From: a virus
Length of the DNA: 64,000 nt
Direction: 5' to 3' (one strand)
IMG/VR virus record: IMGVR_UViG_3300031992_000092
Coordinates: 1-64,000 of that record
Shown: positions 63,214 through 64,000 of the stretch, piece after piece
How positions within the stretch are numbered: the first letter of the stretch is position 1
How the letters are laid out: every line of letters begins with the position of its first letter
Made by a program: the position numbers and the translations under genes
The notes under the pieces: generated by a model
Told to the model about the DNA's origin: nothing
The model's database searches: none
What the model saw: only the letters and a program-made list of their open reading frames with translations

Positions 63214-63777
63214 TTAAACTTTTACTCTACGTCCCGTAGATTCTTCTTGTTTATTTTGTTGAACTCTACGGCCATGCTTTTCCTCTTCTTTTGGAGCGTC
63301 GGCCGCAATAGCTCTTTTATTTTTTATCATATTTAAAACATTTAATCCAGTAGCTTTACTAATAGCTTCCATACGATTAATGTCAGAAATTTCAAGTTCA
63401 ACTGCTCGATTGACTAATCTATTTTTAATTGCTTTTGGAGCAAAATCAAGAGCATCTAATAATGTATCCATGCTCGCAGTAGTTAATGCGGCATCAATAT
63501 CTTCATCAGTTCAATTATATTCTATAGTATCATCCCGCACACCAAATTCACGAGCAAGAGCTTTATTATCTACTCTAAGGTAATTTTGAAGTAAAATTTT
63601 TCCTCCACGATCATAAGATAATTCTCTTAATTCACCAGCTTTAATTTTAAAAGTAGCTTTTGGAGGAAATTCTCTTTCAATTCCTGTTGGTGTTTTATAA
63701 GAAACTACAGAATCCGAAAGACTAGTTACTGCAACAACCTCATCATCAGGAATAGCAGTCATATCTACAATTGTCAT
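63214..63777 (-). CDS. hypothetical protein (187 aa)
   Basis: ATG after AAGGAG RBS. Track ORFs 63511..63777 and 63214..63471 are in frame, joined by one TGA. Confidence 0.5.
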
Positions 63778-63800
63778 TTTATCTCCTTATATCTCCAAAA

Positions 63801-63838
63801 AGTAGGGGAGGGGAGTTTCACTCAACCCTCCCCTACTT
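63801..63838 (-). terminator. terminator: 12-bp stem AGTAGGGGAGGG / CCCTCCCCTACT plus T-run
   Basis: Perfect GC-rich inverted repeat followed on the minus transcript by UUUUGG. Sits directly after the partial upstream gene. Confidence 0.6.
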
Positions 63839-63851
63839 CTATAAATTAAAA

Positions 63852-64000
63852 TTAAACAGTCTTGGTAAGACTGGTATTTACATACTGAGTAATTGCAGGA
63901 TTAGAGAATACTGCGATACCAAACTTTTTATAGGTCTGCATATCGGTTGACCAATCATCATTATCTGTGATTGTACGAACCATTGTTGGACCTTCAAAAG
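63852..64000 (-). CDS. 3' end of a gene that begins beyond the window (possibly the major head protein)
   Basis: Open frame ...GPTMVRTITDNDDWSTDMQTYKKFGIAVFSNPAITQYVNTSLTKTV* ending at TAA 63852-63854. A strong terminator immediately downstream is typical after major capsid genes. Its identity is an inference. Confidence 0.35.
   Translation of the reverse strand, partial: FEGPTMVRTITDNDDWSTDMQTYKKFGIAVFSNPAITQYVNTSLTKTV

Noticed and set aside
1-64000. Integrase, attachment site or tRNA gene marking a prophage boundary
   Set aside because: No tyrosine or serine recombinase motifs were seen in any frame. Intergenic gaps are short and hold only promoters and terminators. No cloverleaf-like segment was noticed by eye, but a tRNAscan run would be needed to be sure.

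Overview
The window is a low-GC (~25-27% GC) phage or prophage segment that uses UGA as a Trp codon (translation table 4, mollicute-type, or a TGA-recoded phage). Because of this, the standard-code ORF track breaks most minus-strand genes into in-frame pieces; the coordinates below are my re-joined table-4 models, and genes over ~1 kb should be re-checked computationally.

Layout:
- 1-11 kb, plus strand: an early/replication module. It has a consensus sigma70 promoter, a DnaE-type DNA polymerase III alpha, the NrdH-NrdD-NrdG anaerobic ribonucleotide reductase trio, dUTPase, a RuvC-like resolvase, and an SPFH-protein plus lipoprotein 'moron' pair. It ends at a bidirectional terminator.
- 11-64 kb, minus strand: lysis and morphogenesis genes, read right to left. 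In order: a partial head gene, a terminator, neck proteins, a major tail protein with a C-terminal Ig-like domain, a terminator, a roughly 3,000-codon tape-measure gene, baseplate genes, a tail fibre, three tandem receptor-binding genes built from DUF285/BspA-like leucine-rich repeats (one apparently 3.9 k codons), a GC-rich fibre-like gene, a holin, and a GH25 endolysin.
- No integrase, tRNA, CRISPR array or reverse transcriptase was seen.

Most notable observations:
- The GC-rich hexamer TGCGGG/CCCGCA occurs about 60 times against roughly 1.5 expected, in all frames and on both strands.
- Early genes use TGG for Trp almost exclusively, while late genes are dense in TGA.
- The receptor-binding gene array shares N-terminal anchor domains, and its giant member carries an internal duplication.
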